The position numbers were made by a program, and so were the translations under genes. Positions 1 to 11,765 of a DNA stretch of 64,000 bases are shown in pieces; positions within the stretch are counted from its first letter, which is position 1, and every line of letters starts with the position of its first letter. A model generated the notes under the pieces. It did no database searches and had not been told where the DNA came from. It worked only from the letters and a program-made list of their open reading frames with translations. This DNA is from Octopus bimaculoides (lineage: Eukaryota), in the NCBI RefSeq assembly GCF_001194135.2, contig NC_068993.1:44745460-44809459 (forward strand), read 5' to 3'.

Positions 1-201
1 CAAAGACAAAATAATAAAATTATTTTTGTGATTGCAATCTCAATTTGAATATCTAAATATGAGCAGATTAGTAACATGGAAATGGTAAAGTGTCTTGGAT
101 GGGTTTGTGTGAAAAAGATTAAATCACATTTAGGATACTCAAGTTGTTTTGCTTCGTGTACTTTTTAAAAATCTTATTAGCTGTTTGGTTTGTTGTTCCA
201 G

Positions 202-454
202 AGTAAAAACATTGTTACAGGAAGCCTTGATGTGTTAGAAAGTTTAGGGAGGAAAACATTTGATGCAATCAATGAACATGATCCAGTAGGAATCAGGGAT
301 AAAACCAAAATGTTATTCGAGAGAGGTGATTCACCACAGCTTGCTGATCTGCTGAAGGAAGCTAAAGAGAAATCAGAAATGGAGGAAAAAATTGCTCAAG
401 AAACTACCGAAGCATTGAAGTTTGATTTTGGAGCTTTGTTTGAAGATTACCAAG
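202..454 (+). CDS. FAM114A2: FAM114A exon (SKNIVTGSLDVLE...FEDYQ)
   Basis: ttccag| acceptor, CAAG|gtttct donor, phase 0-1, within ORF 190-462. Confidence 0.9.
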
Positions 455-2411
455 GTTTCTAAATATTTTTCATTTATAATATTGCATTTATAATGATTGT
501 TCTATCCTATGTCATGTTTTTTTTTTGTATGTGTTAACTTTATTGGATTGGGAATCACTCCTTGAAGTTTCCTTTTGTTAAGTATTAGCAAACAAAGCTG
601 CCAGCTGAGTCTCTATGCAGTTACTTTATCTGATTTGAATAGTAACTAATCTCTGTCAAATCATATATCATCTTAAAAAAGAAAGGGTTGTTAGGCTAGA
701 TAATGTATTCCCTAACCCGCAAAAGGAGAGGATGGTCACTAGTAGAACAGCTTTGATAGGTCTGCTCAATCTGGGCTGTCTATTACAAAACAAAGCAGTA
801 AGGTGGTAACAATTCAAAGTGAATTACTCCTTTGCAATCCCACCAGATAGAGAGAAGAACCTTTTTCCCATGAAGTTCCCTTCTCGGTTGTGGTTGAGCT
901 TTTTCCCTTTTACCAAGCCACTGTTTACGATGTTTAACATTTTGATAGAAGATCCATTTTTCATCACGAGTCACAAGTCTATCCAAAAAAGGGGAAAGAA
1001 TAAAAGTGAAACAATATTACACAATGGTCTTCGATAGAGGGAGAAATGTAAATAGTGTATTTGAATAGACGGAGTGCAAAAAATTTTAAATAAGTGATGT
1101 AGGGAGAATATACAAATAGCGTGAAGACGAAGATATNNNNNNNNNNNNNNNNNNNNNNNNNNNNNNNNNNNNNNNNNNNNNNNNNNNNNNNNNNNNNATT
1201 TACGCATGACAAAACTGAAATACACTGAAGTCAATTTTCAGAGAGAGAGAGAGAGAGAAACATATCTAAGTTTGTGAAAGTGAGAAAAAGAAAGAGAAGA
1301 AATAAATAGGGAGAGAAAGAAAAGGGAGAGAAAACTGCAGAAATCAAAGGGAGAGAATTGGTTGAGAACTGCAGTTTTTAGAGAAAAACCCATGTCAAAA
1401 ACTTTTTTTGATGGTCAGTTTCTCGCATTACACGGGAGCTCTGGGCAAAATGTTATAGTGCATGACCATCCATGGCACATAAGTAATGTATGTGTAAAGC
1501 TTGGTGAAAATTGGTTGAAAACTGTAGAAATGCATATGTATCACACACAGACATCCTTTATTTTATATATATACATATATATTTAGAAATAGCTGATGAT
1601 TCACTGCTGTTATTCAGTTTTCCTACTATGTGGTGTAGTTGTTTATGTTTGTGTCACCTGAATAACAGCATGTCGTGAGAAACTCTTTGAATCATCAGCT
1701 GTTGTTAAATATATGAACATTACAGCATATATTAAATACATTTTCATTTGTAAACAAAGCGTGTGTATGCTCACACACATTCTGTTGTGGTAATGGTCTA
1801 AGGAGTAGCATTTGGTAGCAGCTGCTAAGTCTGCAAGTGATTGCAAATGAGTAACAGCTTGTTTCTCAGGTATATTTTTTCTTGCATGCTGATTGCAGTG
1901 TGTCATGTTAAAATTTAGGCTGTTGTAAAATATAATGTTTGTTATTCTCAAAAATGTTATTGATATCTATGTGGTTAAGACGTTTGTTTTCCAACCACAA
2001 AGTATCTCAAGTTCAGTTTACTTGTATGGCACCTTGGGAAAGTGTTTTCTACTTTAGCCCTAGGTTGAAAAAGTTTTGTGGGTGGATTTGGTTGACAAAA
2101 ACTGAAAGAAGTCCATCATAAATATGTGTGTGTGTGTGTGTGTTTCCTTAACTTGACATAGTGTGATTGTTGTAAATGAATGTTTTTTTTTATTTCCAGT
2201 GTTATAATATAATGAACTTATTGTATACAGTGCTCAGATACATTACAACACATCAGAAAAAGTAACCGTCTCTGGAAACATGTCAAGGGAAATAGTACCT
2301 TTCTTGGAATCAGCCAAAAGTTGGTGACAGCAGAGGCGTCTGGCCATAGAAAATCTGTCTTAATAAACTTGGTCTGACCCATGAAAGTATGGAAAAGTGG
2401 ATGTGAAAATT

Positions 2412-2445
<34 letters not shown>

Positions 2446-5400
2446 CTGTTTAGTCTGGTTTTGGAGTTTCTGTATGTTGTACATTGTATATTTCAGGGCA
2501 AGCTCATATGGATGCTTTACGGTTGCTCTCTCAACAAAGTGAAGCTAAGTTAAGTGCATTGCTTGAATACCACTCTTCTAATGCTGGCAAGGAAGAAGAA
2601 GAAGAAGAAGCCATGAAAAACGAACTTCTAAAAGTGAGGGATGCTTTTGAAGTGGCTATAGAAGATGAAGGTATTTTAAATTTGTTTATTTGTTTATTAA
2701 TGATCTCAAAAAATGTTGAGCATTGGACTTAATTGTCATCGTCATCTGGTTGGGCAATTTGCCTGGACCAATAAGTTATATTGTTCTTTTGTTAGGTGAA
2801 TGTTTCATCTGTGCACATCATGACTACAAATGTTAGCAGTGGTTCACTAAGTGAACTGGTTGACCCTGGCTGTTGACTATATATAAGGTCTGACTCATGC
2901 AAGCGTGGAAAAGTGGAAGCTAAATGATGATGACACTGGTGATGATAATACACACTAGCTCTCTAAATTGGAAAATTACATTTTATCGTTATAGAAAATG
3001 TCATCTATATAGGCATTGCCAGGCTGCTTGGAATTGGGACAGGCATGGCTGTGTGCTTAAGAAGCTTGCTTTGTGACTGCATGGTTTTGGGTACAATCCC
3101 ACTGCATGCCACCTTGAGCAAATGTCTTCTACTATGGTCCTAAACCAATCAATGCCTTGTGAGTGAATCCGGAAGATGGAAACTACATGGAAACTGTAGA
3201 AACTCAGCACACACTGTAAAGTGGTTGTCATTAGTGGTTGATTTCTATGGCATCCAGCCATAGAAATCAAGGCAAATCAGCTCTGGTCAAACCATCCAAC
3301 CCATGCCAACATGGAAAATGGGCGTTAAAGGATAATGATGATGATGATGTGTTTGTGTTTGTGTTTGTTTCCCCGCCATTGCTTGACAACCTGTGTTGGT
3401 TTGTTTATGTCCCTGTAACTTAGCAGTTTAGCAAAAGAAACCCATAGAGTAAGTACCAGACATAAGAATAATAAGTACTGAGGTCAATTTGTTTGACTAA
3501 ACCCTTCAGAGTGTTGCTCCAGCATGACTACAGTCCAGTGACTGAAACAAATAAATGATAAAAAAAAAAAGATATATCTCTTACTTCATTAATAGCAATG
3601 GAAATGGTGAAGATGATTGAGTGCTAGACAAGATACTTCACAGTTTGTTGCTTTACTATTTTATATTCAAATCATGCCATGGTTGACTTTGTTTTTCACC
3701 TTTCCAGAAACAATAAAATTATATTTTGTAAACGATTCACCTCAACCGGCCCTTTCTAAAAATGATTGATCTCGTGTCTTTTAAAAAATAGAATCTTACA
3801 TTCTGTCATAAAATCAATGAGAAGCGGAAGTTTATTACAATTCTAACAAGAAATTGTTTTATTTTGTTATGTTTTGCAGAAGATTTTGATAAAGACCACT
3901 TGTTTGTTGGTCTTGTTACTGAGCATTTATCAGATGTCCACCTGGGAGCTCAACCAGACAAACTTAATAAGGTAAGTGGGGTCAGATTTTTCAAATTTAA
4001 AGTTCCTTCTATAGACTCTGGCAAAATCACACTATCAATGCAGCACAACACAGTATTATTAGTTTAGTTTCTTGGGTTCTAATTTCTAAAATCTTGAATA
4101 AGTGGTAAGAAATTCTCAAGATAGCTGAACAGCTGAAGGTCTTCAGAAGAGAAACCCCACTCAAACAGACAAATGTTTTGGCCCTTAGTTTCTTACACTC
4201 AAAGGGGCCAGGCCAGATAGATCTAGGCCACTACTTCTGGGTGCCCTTTTGCTGATACTTTTTAACCTCTTGGACATTGGAGACTTGTGCATTTCAACTG
4301 TATGGAAGTTTGACAAAATGTAGCTAGAACTCTTCACCATTGCCTCTGATTTCAAACTTATCTTTCTCCTTGTATTAAAATAACCTATAGGGTAAATACA
4401 CTCAAATGTACTCATACATGCAGGCACCAACATACATGTGTGCATGTGCACACACACACAAACACATGATGGTTTCCAGCTACCAAATCTACACACAAGG
4501 CTTTGATCAGCCTGAGTCTATAGAAGACAGTTGTCCAAGGTGTTACACTGTGGGACTGAACCTGAAACTATGTGGTTGGGAAGTAAACTTCAAATATTGT
4601 ATTTATACTTGTGAGAATATAGGAAGAAATGAATGATAAAATTATGAACTAGCATTGTTTGCTTTTCTTTTGTAAGGCCTAGCTGTGCAGTCAAGAAGTT
4701 TGCTTTGTAACTACAATGTTTTGGTTTCAAACCAACTGTATGGATCATGGGCAAATATTTTCTATCATAACACTGGATCAATCAAAGCTTTGTGACTGAA
4801 ATTTGGTGGTCAGAAACAACAGAAGCCTGTTCGCAAGACTTACTGTTTTGGGGTGGTAGTCTTAATCCATTGCCCAATTTAACAACACCTGGTCCTTGCC
4901 TTTTGTGGAATTCACTCTGGCCCTTGTGACAGTGGCACGTAAAAAGCACCCACTACACTCTCGGAGTAGTTGGCGTTAGGAAGGGCATCCAGCTGTAGAT
5001 ACTCTGCCAAATCAGATTGGAGTCTGGTGTAACCATCTGATTCGCCAGTCCCCTGTCAAATTGTCCAACCCATGCTAGCATGGAAAGCAGACGTTAAATG
5101 ATGATGATGATTGATGTGCTGTTTCTTATTGTAGCAACCCATTGGCTGAGGTTTTTTTCTCCTTCTTGATAATCTGAGAGACACCGGATAGTTCATGGGC
5201 ACTGATCTTCCCCTCACTAAGCCTTTTAAAAAACAAACGTAAAGAACAAAACAAAGCAAAAATATGTTCTGTTTACCTCACTTTACTTTCTTGCAATTTT
5301 TCTTCAGTGTCAAGCCAACGCAAGGCAATGGATCACGGAGTTTTTTGAAACTCATTCAACAGATGAAGAGAAGAAGGCAGCTGATCCCAAGGTGAAATAT

Positions 5401-8400
5401 ATTCAATATTTTGGAAAAGCCTTTTTTCAAAGTAAATCTGTAATGGAAAAGTTATATAACAACCATGTAACTAAAAAGAAGCTGTAGTTTATTGTTGTTT
5501 GTTTAGTCCCCAGATCAGCTCTGATAAAGTAGGACTATAATTAAAGGAAATCCATCTGTGACCATTCTATATTTTATTCAGACATAGTGCATCTAAGATT
5601 ACATTATTCAGTGTGTCCTTTCTTTTTGTCTTTTGTGTAATTCATTCATGACTGTATTTCTAAAGAAATACACTGCTATTTCTTTTCAACTAATTTTGAA
5701 AATACTCAAGAATTTGGAAGTATCATCATTATAAAGTTGGTATTTGACTAGTTTTCTGATATTTCTCAATTCCTTTGGTATCCACTTTACTAGTATATGA
5801 TATTGCTAAGTCTATGGTCTTATATCATTTTTTATTATTTTTTTTTTTGCCCTCTAAAATCATATCTTGTCTTCTTTCTTCAATGATATGGTCAGTTTTT
5901 ATTGACTGTAATTACTATTCACTATCACAGCCTCTGGCCTGTTCTCATACCATCTATCTGGCTAACATCTCATGCCTATGCTTATATTCTTTTTGTGTTA
6001 GCTTACTGCATCCACTTCAGAGATGGTTACTATTTTCATTGCCTTTTCCACAGATTCTGCTTTTACACTCTGAGTGTTATCAATCTTCACCTTTCTAAAA
6101 TTCATTCTAATTGTTTGTTCCTAGGCAGCTCTGATTTTATCATCATCATTATTTGAAATCATCCTGAACATTTTTTTTAGAAATAATCAATAGTAAATAT
6201 CAATAAAAGTTTTTAATGTTTGTATCTCTTTATTGTTTAAAATGCTCATGTTTTAATTTCTCATTGATAATATTAGTTTCTTTTTTTTTTTTTTCATATA
6301 TACTTGCTCACACAAATAAGACATTTTTTGGTCATGTACAGAATATATTAGTAATAGGGTTAGTTAGAAGAAATGAAGGGACTGTTTCTTGATTTATCTA
6401 TTTATATATAGGTACAGAAAGTCTTCATATTTTCCTTGGAAATGAAATAGAATAAAATAGTAGAGCACAAACGTTCTCAAACATTAGACAAAAGAATTCT
6501 TAAATATAATAGTGTTTATATTCAGCTTTATTTATTTAATTTATTTTCTTAGNNNNNNNNNNNNNNNNNNNNNNNNNNNNNNNNNNNNNNNNNNNNNNNN
6601 NNNNNNNNNNNNNNNNNNNNNNNNNNNNNNNNNNNNNNNNNNNNNNNNNNNNNNNNNNNNNNNNNNNNNNNNNNNNNNNNNNNNNNNNNNNNNNNNNNNN
6701 NNNNNNNNNNNNNNNNNNNNNNNNNNNNNNNNNNNNNNNNNNNNNNNNATGGGTTGGACGATTTGACTGAAGACTGGTGAAACCGGATGGCAACACCAGG
6801 CTCCAGTCCGATTTGGTGTTGCCATCCGGTTTCACCAGTCCTCAGTCAAATCGTCCAACCCATGCTAGCATGGAAAGCGGACGTTAAACGATGATGATGA
6901 TGATGATGATGATACATAATGTTGGCATTTAATATGTATATTTATAATTATAGGAAATTTACACAGTTGCAATCCAGTCAATGGCTGAACTGACAGCCAA
7001 AATAATTGAACAGTTCCACAAAGCTGGGGAACTGATTCTTTTGCAAAGTGATGTTGAACGAAGTGTTGAAGATCGTGCCAAAAACCTTGCCAGGTACATT
7101 GCTCTCTCTCTCTCTCATTTTTCTTTTTTCTCTTTCTCATTTGTTTGTTTTACCTATATTTTTCTTTAATTTCTCTACCTAATTTTATAGAATAGATTCT
7201 AATTTCCTTTTATTCTTTAAATTCATTCCTGTTTGTTTATTGATTATCTTAGATGCATATATTTGCATGCCCACTCAGACAGACTCGCGCACACACACAC
7301 ACACACAAACACATATATTTAGACATGTTTATGTATGAAGACAACTAAATAATATACTGTCGGTTTCATGTATAAGCACAAACTTATAGAAGTCACTATC
7401 ATGTATATCACTTTTCAGGGAAGACTTGTTACAACAATAAGCTTGATTAGCTGCATAAAATTAGTAGTGGAGCATTAATATTATTGTCTACTTTTTATAT
7501 TGTATGTGTCAATCAAATATACAGTTTTTTGTTAGAAGTATATCATTCTTATTTTATAAATTTTTGGAGAAAAAATGTAAACAAATATACCTACTGACTA
7601 TAGGAATATACATAAACACACACAAACAATCCCATAAATAAGGCAGTATTTACACATTAAAACATGTATTCTATAGATAGCTGTGTATCATACTTTATGT
7701 AGGCTTGGCTGTGTGGTAAGAACATTTCTTTCCAATCACATGGTTTCAGGTTCACTCCCACTGTGTGGCATCTTGGGCAAGTATCTTCTACTATAACCTT
7801 GGGCCAACCAAAGCCTTGTAAGTGGATTTGGTAGACCGAAACTGAAAAAAGCCCATTGTGTATGTTTGTGTGTCTTTGTGTGTTTGTCCCTCACCACTAC
7901 TTGGCAACCAGTGTTGGTTCGTTTATGTCCCCATAACTTAGCAGTTCAGCAAAAGACACTGCTAGAATAAGTACCAGGCTTAATGGAAAAGAAAGTATGG
8001 AGGTCAATTCATTCGACTAAAAACTCTTCAAGATAGTGCCTCAGCATAGCTGCAGTCTAATGACTGAAACAAGTGAAAGATAAAAGATATATTCACCGTT
8101 AATAGACCAGTTACTGCAGTATTCATCCTGAGATAACAGCTTTCACACAACACATCTATAAGAGATGTGTTATCTCAGTACATATATTGCAGTAACTGGC
8201 TTATCAATGGGTATGTACATTAAGTATGATACATAAGATCCTTGTAATGAGTAAGAAAAATAATTAAATATGTACATCTTATGCATTTTCTTCCTTGGTC
8301 TTATTGGTCTTCGGTTTAAAATTCAAACTTCTAATCCTGCCAATGTTTATCTTGAAATGATTATCTCCCTTACTCATCACCAGGACACACCATCCATTTG

Positions 8401-11110
8401 AAATACTTATTCGTATATTCTTGCAGAAGCTCGATTTTACTAAAAAATTCCAACAACCAAGTTTTGTATGTATATATGTTTGTTAAAAACAGATTCAGTG
8501 AATAATGTGTCAAAATTCAAATTTTTCATTTTTCATAAATCTAAATAAATATTTTTTTTCTCTCGCTTGTTTCTTCAGTTTGACTAAAATATTCTGGACT
8601 GAAATTAACATTCTATCAACCAAATTCGCCAAATGTCTCAATACAGTCATTGCTGTAAGTATTGCTCTTTTACAGAACTCTCTTTTACTACTACTATTTC
8701 ATACACTGGTATTTCAATGCCATGCAGTGGTGTTCTCTACAAGTTTCTCTGAATTTGCCTGTAATTTCAAAGTCTTGAAATTTTTCATTATTTTATCTTT
8801 TGATATTCCACTTATATAAATTAGTCTTGGAGCACAGATTATTACTTGCAATATGTATTGTTTTTCATTTTAATTTTGACTTGTTTTAATTGTGTTTTAT
8901 ATATATATATATGAGCGTGGCCGTTGTCAGTACCGCTGGACTGGCCCTCGTGCCGGTGGCACGTAAAAAGGACGCACTACACTCTTGGAGTGGTTGGCGT
9001 TAGGAAGTGCATCCAGCTGTTGAAACTCTGCCAGATCAGATTGAAGTCTGGTGTAGCCATCTGGTTCGCTAGTCTCCAGTCAAATCGTCCAACCCATGCT
9101 AGCATGGAAAGTAGACGTTAAATGATGATGATGATGATACTTTCATTATTTGTGATTTGTGACTGAAACAGTTTTAGTTCTGAATAGCAATCTGAAAATC
9201 TTACTTAATGCGAATATACTGTAAGAAAGCCACAATATTGGGATATTTGCATCTTGATAAAGCATCTGATAGACATATAGGGCTAAAAAAAAAAGCACAG
9301 AAAAATCAGTAGAAGATGAAAAGCATCCAGCAAGCCATGATGGAATAATTAGATCCCAGGATTTCTGCATATTTGTGAGTCATTGGTAGAAAGTGTCCAC
9401 TATCAACTACATACTTTGACAAAATTTCACCTCTACTGATATCAAAAAACAATTAAGAAATCCAATTATTGATGTCACAAATAACTACTGGGTTGGGTAA
9501 AAAATCATTATTAACAATAGAGGCAACGTTAGTTCCAAACAGTAATCTGTGTGTCTTACTTAATATAACTGTTAATTATTCAACTGATTTTGTTTACCTC
9601 TTGCAGGAAGAAGAGAGTGAAAAGAAGTCTGTCAACCAATACATAACTAATGTTTATCTTGAAGTAAGAAATGAATGCTTTTTTTATACATTATTTTGAT
9701 ATCTACTGTTTTGTTTGAAAAAATTTATGCATAAGTATTTCTCTATACTGACCTATTTGTATGTAGGTGTGTGTCTCTGTGTGATGTATGCATGTATGTA
9801 TGCACATATTCATGTATGTATGTGTAAATGTGTATATGTATTGACGTTCTCATTTTTTTGGTAAATTTCTTTCAAAATTCCTCACCCATTGGTAAAAAAG
9901 CAACTTTTCAACTAGCTTTTTTTCTACTAGTGTGAAATTTTAAAAGAATTCATTAGAATTCACACCACATTGACTAAAACTTGTCTAGTAATGTAGCTTA
10001 GAGTTAGGGCATTTAAATATTGCATAAAGCTCTTTATTTCTTGCTTCATCCAGTTTATCTTAGTTGAAGGAGAAATGACAGGCTATTGAACTGATTAGTT
10101 AAGTGATTAAGCCATATATTTAGTCGAGGAAGTAAATGTAAGTACAAAAACTATTGAATTGCCAGATAAATTATTTCGTTTTTATCATCTATTTTAATTG
10201 CATTAAGTGAAGGTGTTGGCAATGGTATCTTTAGAGCATCCCATATACCAGGCCAATTCCGCATGGAATGGGCTTGAATACCCTCATGCATGAGTTCATT
10301 CAATCAATTTTCATTGACTGAACAGGTCAACTGGAATGTGAAGAGTCTGAGAGGTCTAATTTCCTTCCTTGAAGTATGAAAACCATTTCTGTTGAGTTCT
10401 TTCAGTAATAACACTTTATCCATACACAGCACAAATGCCTCAAGTGGCTTTGATAGCTTTGTATTCTGCATTGAAAATGAAGAGAAGCAAGTGTTGAAAT
10501 TTCTGACTTTTTCCTACTTGACAGTCTATAGTCATATGTCTGAAAAGTGATAAGATTTATTCAAATTTCTAAAACAATCAACAAAAGTTGTATGACTACA
10601 AAAAAAAAAAAGAGGAAAAATAAAACGTAAAACACTAAAAACATTTCTATGTAATGCAACAACATATATAAACAAACTTTTATTATGTTTTTAATAACGT
10701 TGAATGTGCATCATGTTATATAGACAAGGTAATATTTCAAATGCATTATAGTCATAAAAACAGAAGAAAGATTGGATATTATTACCCTTATAAGATGGGA
10801 AAAGTTGTTAACAAATAGCCAGCTGTTTGTTCACAACTTTTTCTGTTTTATGAGGGTAATAATAATCAATCTTTCTGCTGTTTTCACAGCTATACCGTGT
10901 TTGAAATATTACTTTCTTATCTGTACAATATTTCTGTCCATAAAAAAAAAAAATATTTCCTTCTCTCAATATTACATGCACCTTGCTAATTCTTGTGTTT
11001 TTCATGTACTTGTTTAGGCATCAAATAGCAGTTCATATATTGATGAAGGCTTCCGGGCACTTTTACCCATAATGCAATTGGCTCTACTTGAGAAGTCATC
11101 AGCGTCGTAA
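202..11110 (+). CDS. FAM114A2: FAM114A family (Noxp20-like) protein, 3' part, 8 exons; 5' exons lie outside the window
   Basis: Exons 202-454, 2497-2670, 3880-3971, 5308-5391, 6954-7093, 8579-8654, 9607-9663, 11018-11110. All are AG/GT bounded with continuous phase (969 nt). The peptide resembles vertebrate FAM114A as recalled (LDVLESLGRKT, FEDYQGQAHMDALRLLSQQSE, AIQSMAELTAKIIEQFHK, ITNVYLEASNSSSYI). A1 versus A2 cannot be resolved; likely a single co-ortholog. Confidence 0.88.
790..1000 (-). mobile_element. Mariner (DD34D) transposase fragment, decayed
   Basis: PFLDRLVTRDEKWIFYQN...ELHGKKVLLSIWWDCKGVIHFELLP matches the mariner signature IVTGDEKW...KKVML.VWWD..G....ELL; catalytic-region G changed to R; truncated by a SINE-like tail at about 680-785. 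Confidence 0.9.
1962..2445 (+). mobile_element. tRNA-headed SINE with (GT)n core and (GAT)n tail, old
   Basis: Head gtggttaag...gttcagt...ggcaccttgggaaagtg; tail gacccatgaaagtatggaaaagtggatg...(GAT)11; ends approximate. Confidence 0.7.
2497..2670 (+). CDS. FAM114A2: FAM114A exon (GQAHMDALRLL...AIEDE)
   Basis: tttcag| ... GAAG|gtattt, phase 1-1. Confidence 0.9.
3041..3570 (+). mobile_element. Composite SINE: tRNA head + (GAT)-tail module + second tail module
   Basis: Head 3041-3195; ccaacccatgccaacatgg...gatgat 3200-3350; taagtaccag...gaaacaaataaatgataaaa 3350-3570. Confidence 0.7.
3880..3971 (+). CDS. FAM114A2: FAM114A exon (EDFDKDHLF...PDKLNK)
   Basis: ttgcag| ... AAG|gtaagt, phase 1-0. 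Confidence 0.9.
4890..5110 (+). mobile_element. (GAT)n-tailed retroposon 3' end (RTE-type tail), moderately diverged
   Basis: ggcacgtaaaaagcaccc...ccaacccatgctagcatggaaagcagacgttaaatgatgat. Confidence 0.8.
5308..5391 (+). CDS. FAM114A2: FAM114A exon (CQANARQWITEFF...ADPK)
   Basis: cttcag| ... AAG|gtgaaa, phase 0-0; not in the ORF track. Confidence 0.85.
6749..6913. mobile_element. Fold-back (palindromic) dimer of young (GAT)n-tailed retroposon
   Basis: 6749-6798 is the reverse complement of 6814-6863 with 1 mismatch; left arm runs into the N gap. Confidence 0.8.
6954..7093 (+). CDS. FAM114A2: FAM114A exon (EIYTVAIQSMAELT...KNLA)
   Basis: ttatag| ... CAG|gtacat, phase 0-2. Confidence 0.9.
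7698..8090 (+). mobile_element. Full-length tRNA-headed SINE with gataaaaga tail
   Basis: A/B-box-like tggctgtgtggt / ggttcactccca, (GT) core, aataagtaccagg...gactgaaacaagtgaaagataaaag; similar copies at about 25515-25886, 29245-29650, 44120-44505. Confidence 0.75.
8579..8654 (+). CDS. FAM114A2: FAM114A exon (SLTKIFWTEI...NTVIA)
   Basis: cttcag| ... GCT|gtaagt, phase 2-0. Confidence 0.88.
8913..9138 (+). mobile_element. Young (GAT)n-tailed retroposon, 5'-truncated, adjacent to (TA)n
   Basis: CpG-rich, closely similar to copies at 19432, 55623, 58633, 63363. Confidence 0.85.
9607..9663 (+). CDS. FAM114A2: FAM114A exon (EEESEKKSVNQYITNVYLE)
   Basis: ttgcag| ... GAA|gtaaga, phase 0-0. Confidence 0.9.
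11018..11110 (+). CDS. FAM114A2: FAM114A last coding exon (ASNSSSYIDEGFRALLPIMQLALLEKSSAS*)
   Basis: ttttag-type acceptor (tgtttag|), TAA at 11108-11110. Confidence 0.9.
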   Translation, partial: ASNSSSYIDEGFRALLPIMQLALLEKSSAS

Positions 11111-11289
11111 AGTGCATGCTGCAAACAGTAGCCAATAAACTGATCTTCAACCACCGAATAGGTCTGTAACCAACAATTACATTCAGTTGTTAGCTGACGA
11201 GGATATCTTCTGCTAACTGATGGACATCACTTTCATGTTACTATTTACTTATACCGTATTTTTCTTTTCAGTTGGTTGTCATCTTTTAG

Positions 11290-11453
11290 CATGACTTACT
11301 AAGTGGTAAACATTTAAACACACACATTACACTTACACACACACACACACACACACATGTGCATGTCTGCATACACACAGCATATCCACACACATATGCA
11401 TACACACCTGCACCCACATGTGCATGCCTGCATACACACAATGCATGAACATC

Positions 11454-11482
<29 letters not shown>
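11290..11482. repeat. Compound (CA)n / CACATG low-complexity tract
   Basis: Direct reading. Confidence 0.9.
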
Positions 11483-11485
<3 letters not shown>

Positions 11486-11557
11486 ATATGCATATATTAT
11501 TTATAAGTCCTGGAAAGAAGATTGAGAAGACTACCAGTTTGTAAAGGGCTCAATATG

Positions 11558-11684
11558 TAATAATGTAGAGTATCTGTTCATTTATTATTAAGTATTACAC
11601 ACCTTACAGCTGTTTCAATACATAATAATGTAGAGTATCTATTCATTTATTAAGTATTACATATCTTATAAATATTTCACTACA
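11558..11684. repeat. Two-copy tandem duplication, period about 65 nt
   Basis: taataatgtagagtatct.ttcatttatt...aagtattaca at 11558 and 11623. Confidence 0.85.
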
Positions 11685-11759
11685 TAGTTATCTTTTCAAC
11701 AGTACATTTGAAAATCCATGTGTTGAAGTGCTTGTTCAATTCTAAGGTAGTTAACCTTT

Positions 11760-11765
11760 AATAAA
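11760..11765 (+). terminator. Candidate FAM114A polyadenylation signal
   Basis: AATAAA followed by (GT)n; alternatives at 11134-11139 and about 11946. Confidence 0.3.

Noticed and set aside
2413-2445. TGATGA C-box-like motifs suggesting intronic C/D snoRNAs
   Set aside because: They are (GAT)n retroposon tails. I found no paired D box with a terminal stem, including at the 23127 ATGATGA.
6530-6552. Acceptor-like ttattttcttag immediately before an N gap (hidden FAM114A exon?)
   Set aside because: Flanking exons already join in frame and the gap is explained by the adjacent palindromic repeat; cannot be tested from this sequence.
7698-7770. tRNA-like A/B boxes at many positions
   Set aside because: They are SINE heads: degenerate, no cloverleaf, always followed by SINE body.
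10200-10520. Complex intronic segment possibly from a transposase or LINE
   Set aside because: No recognisable motif in the frames I could read.
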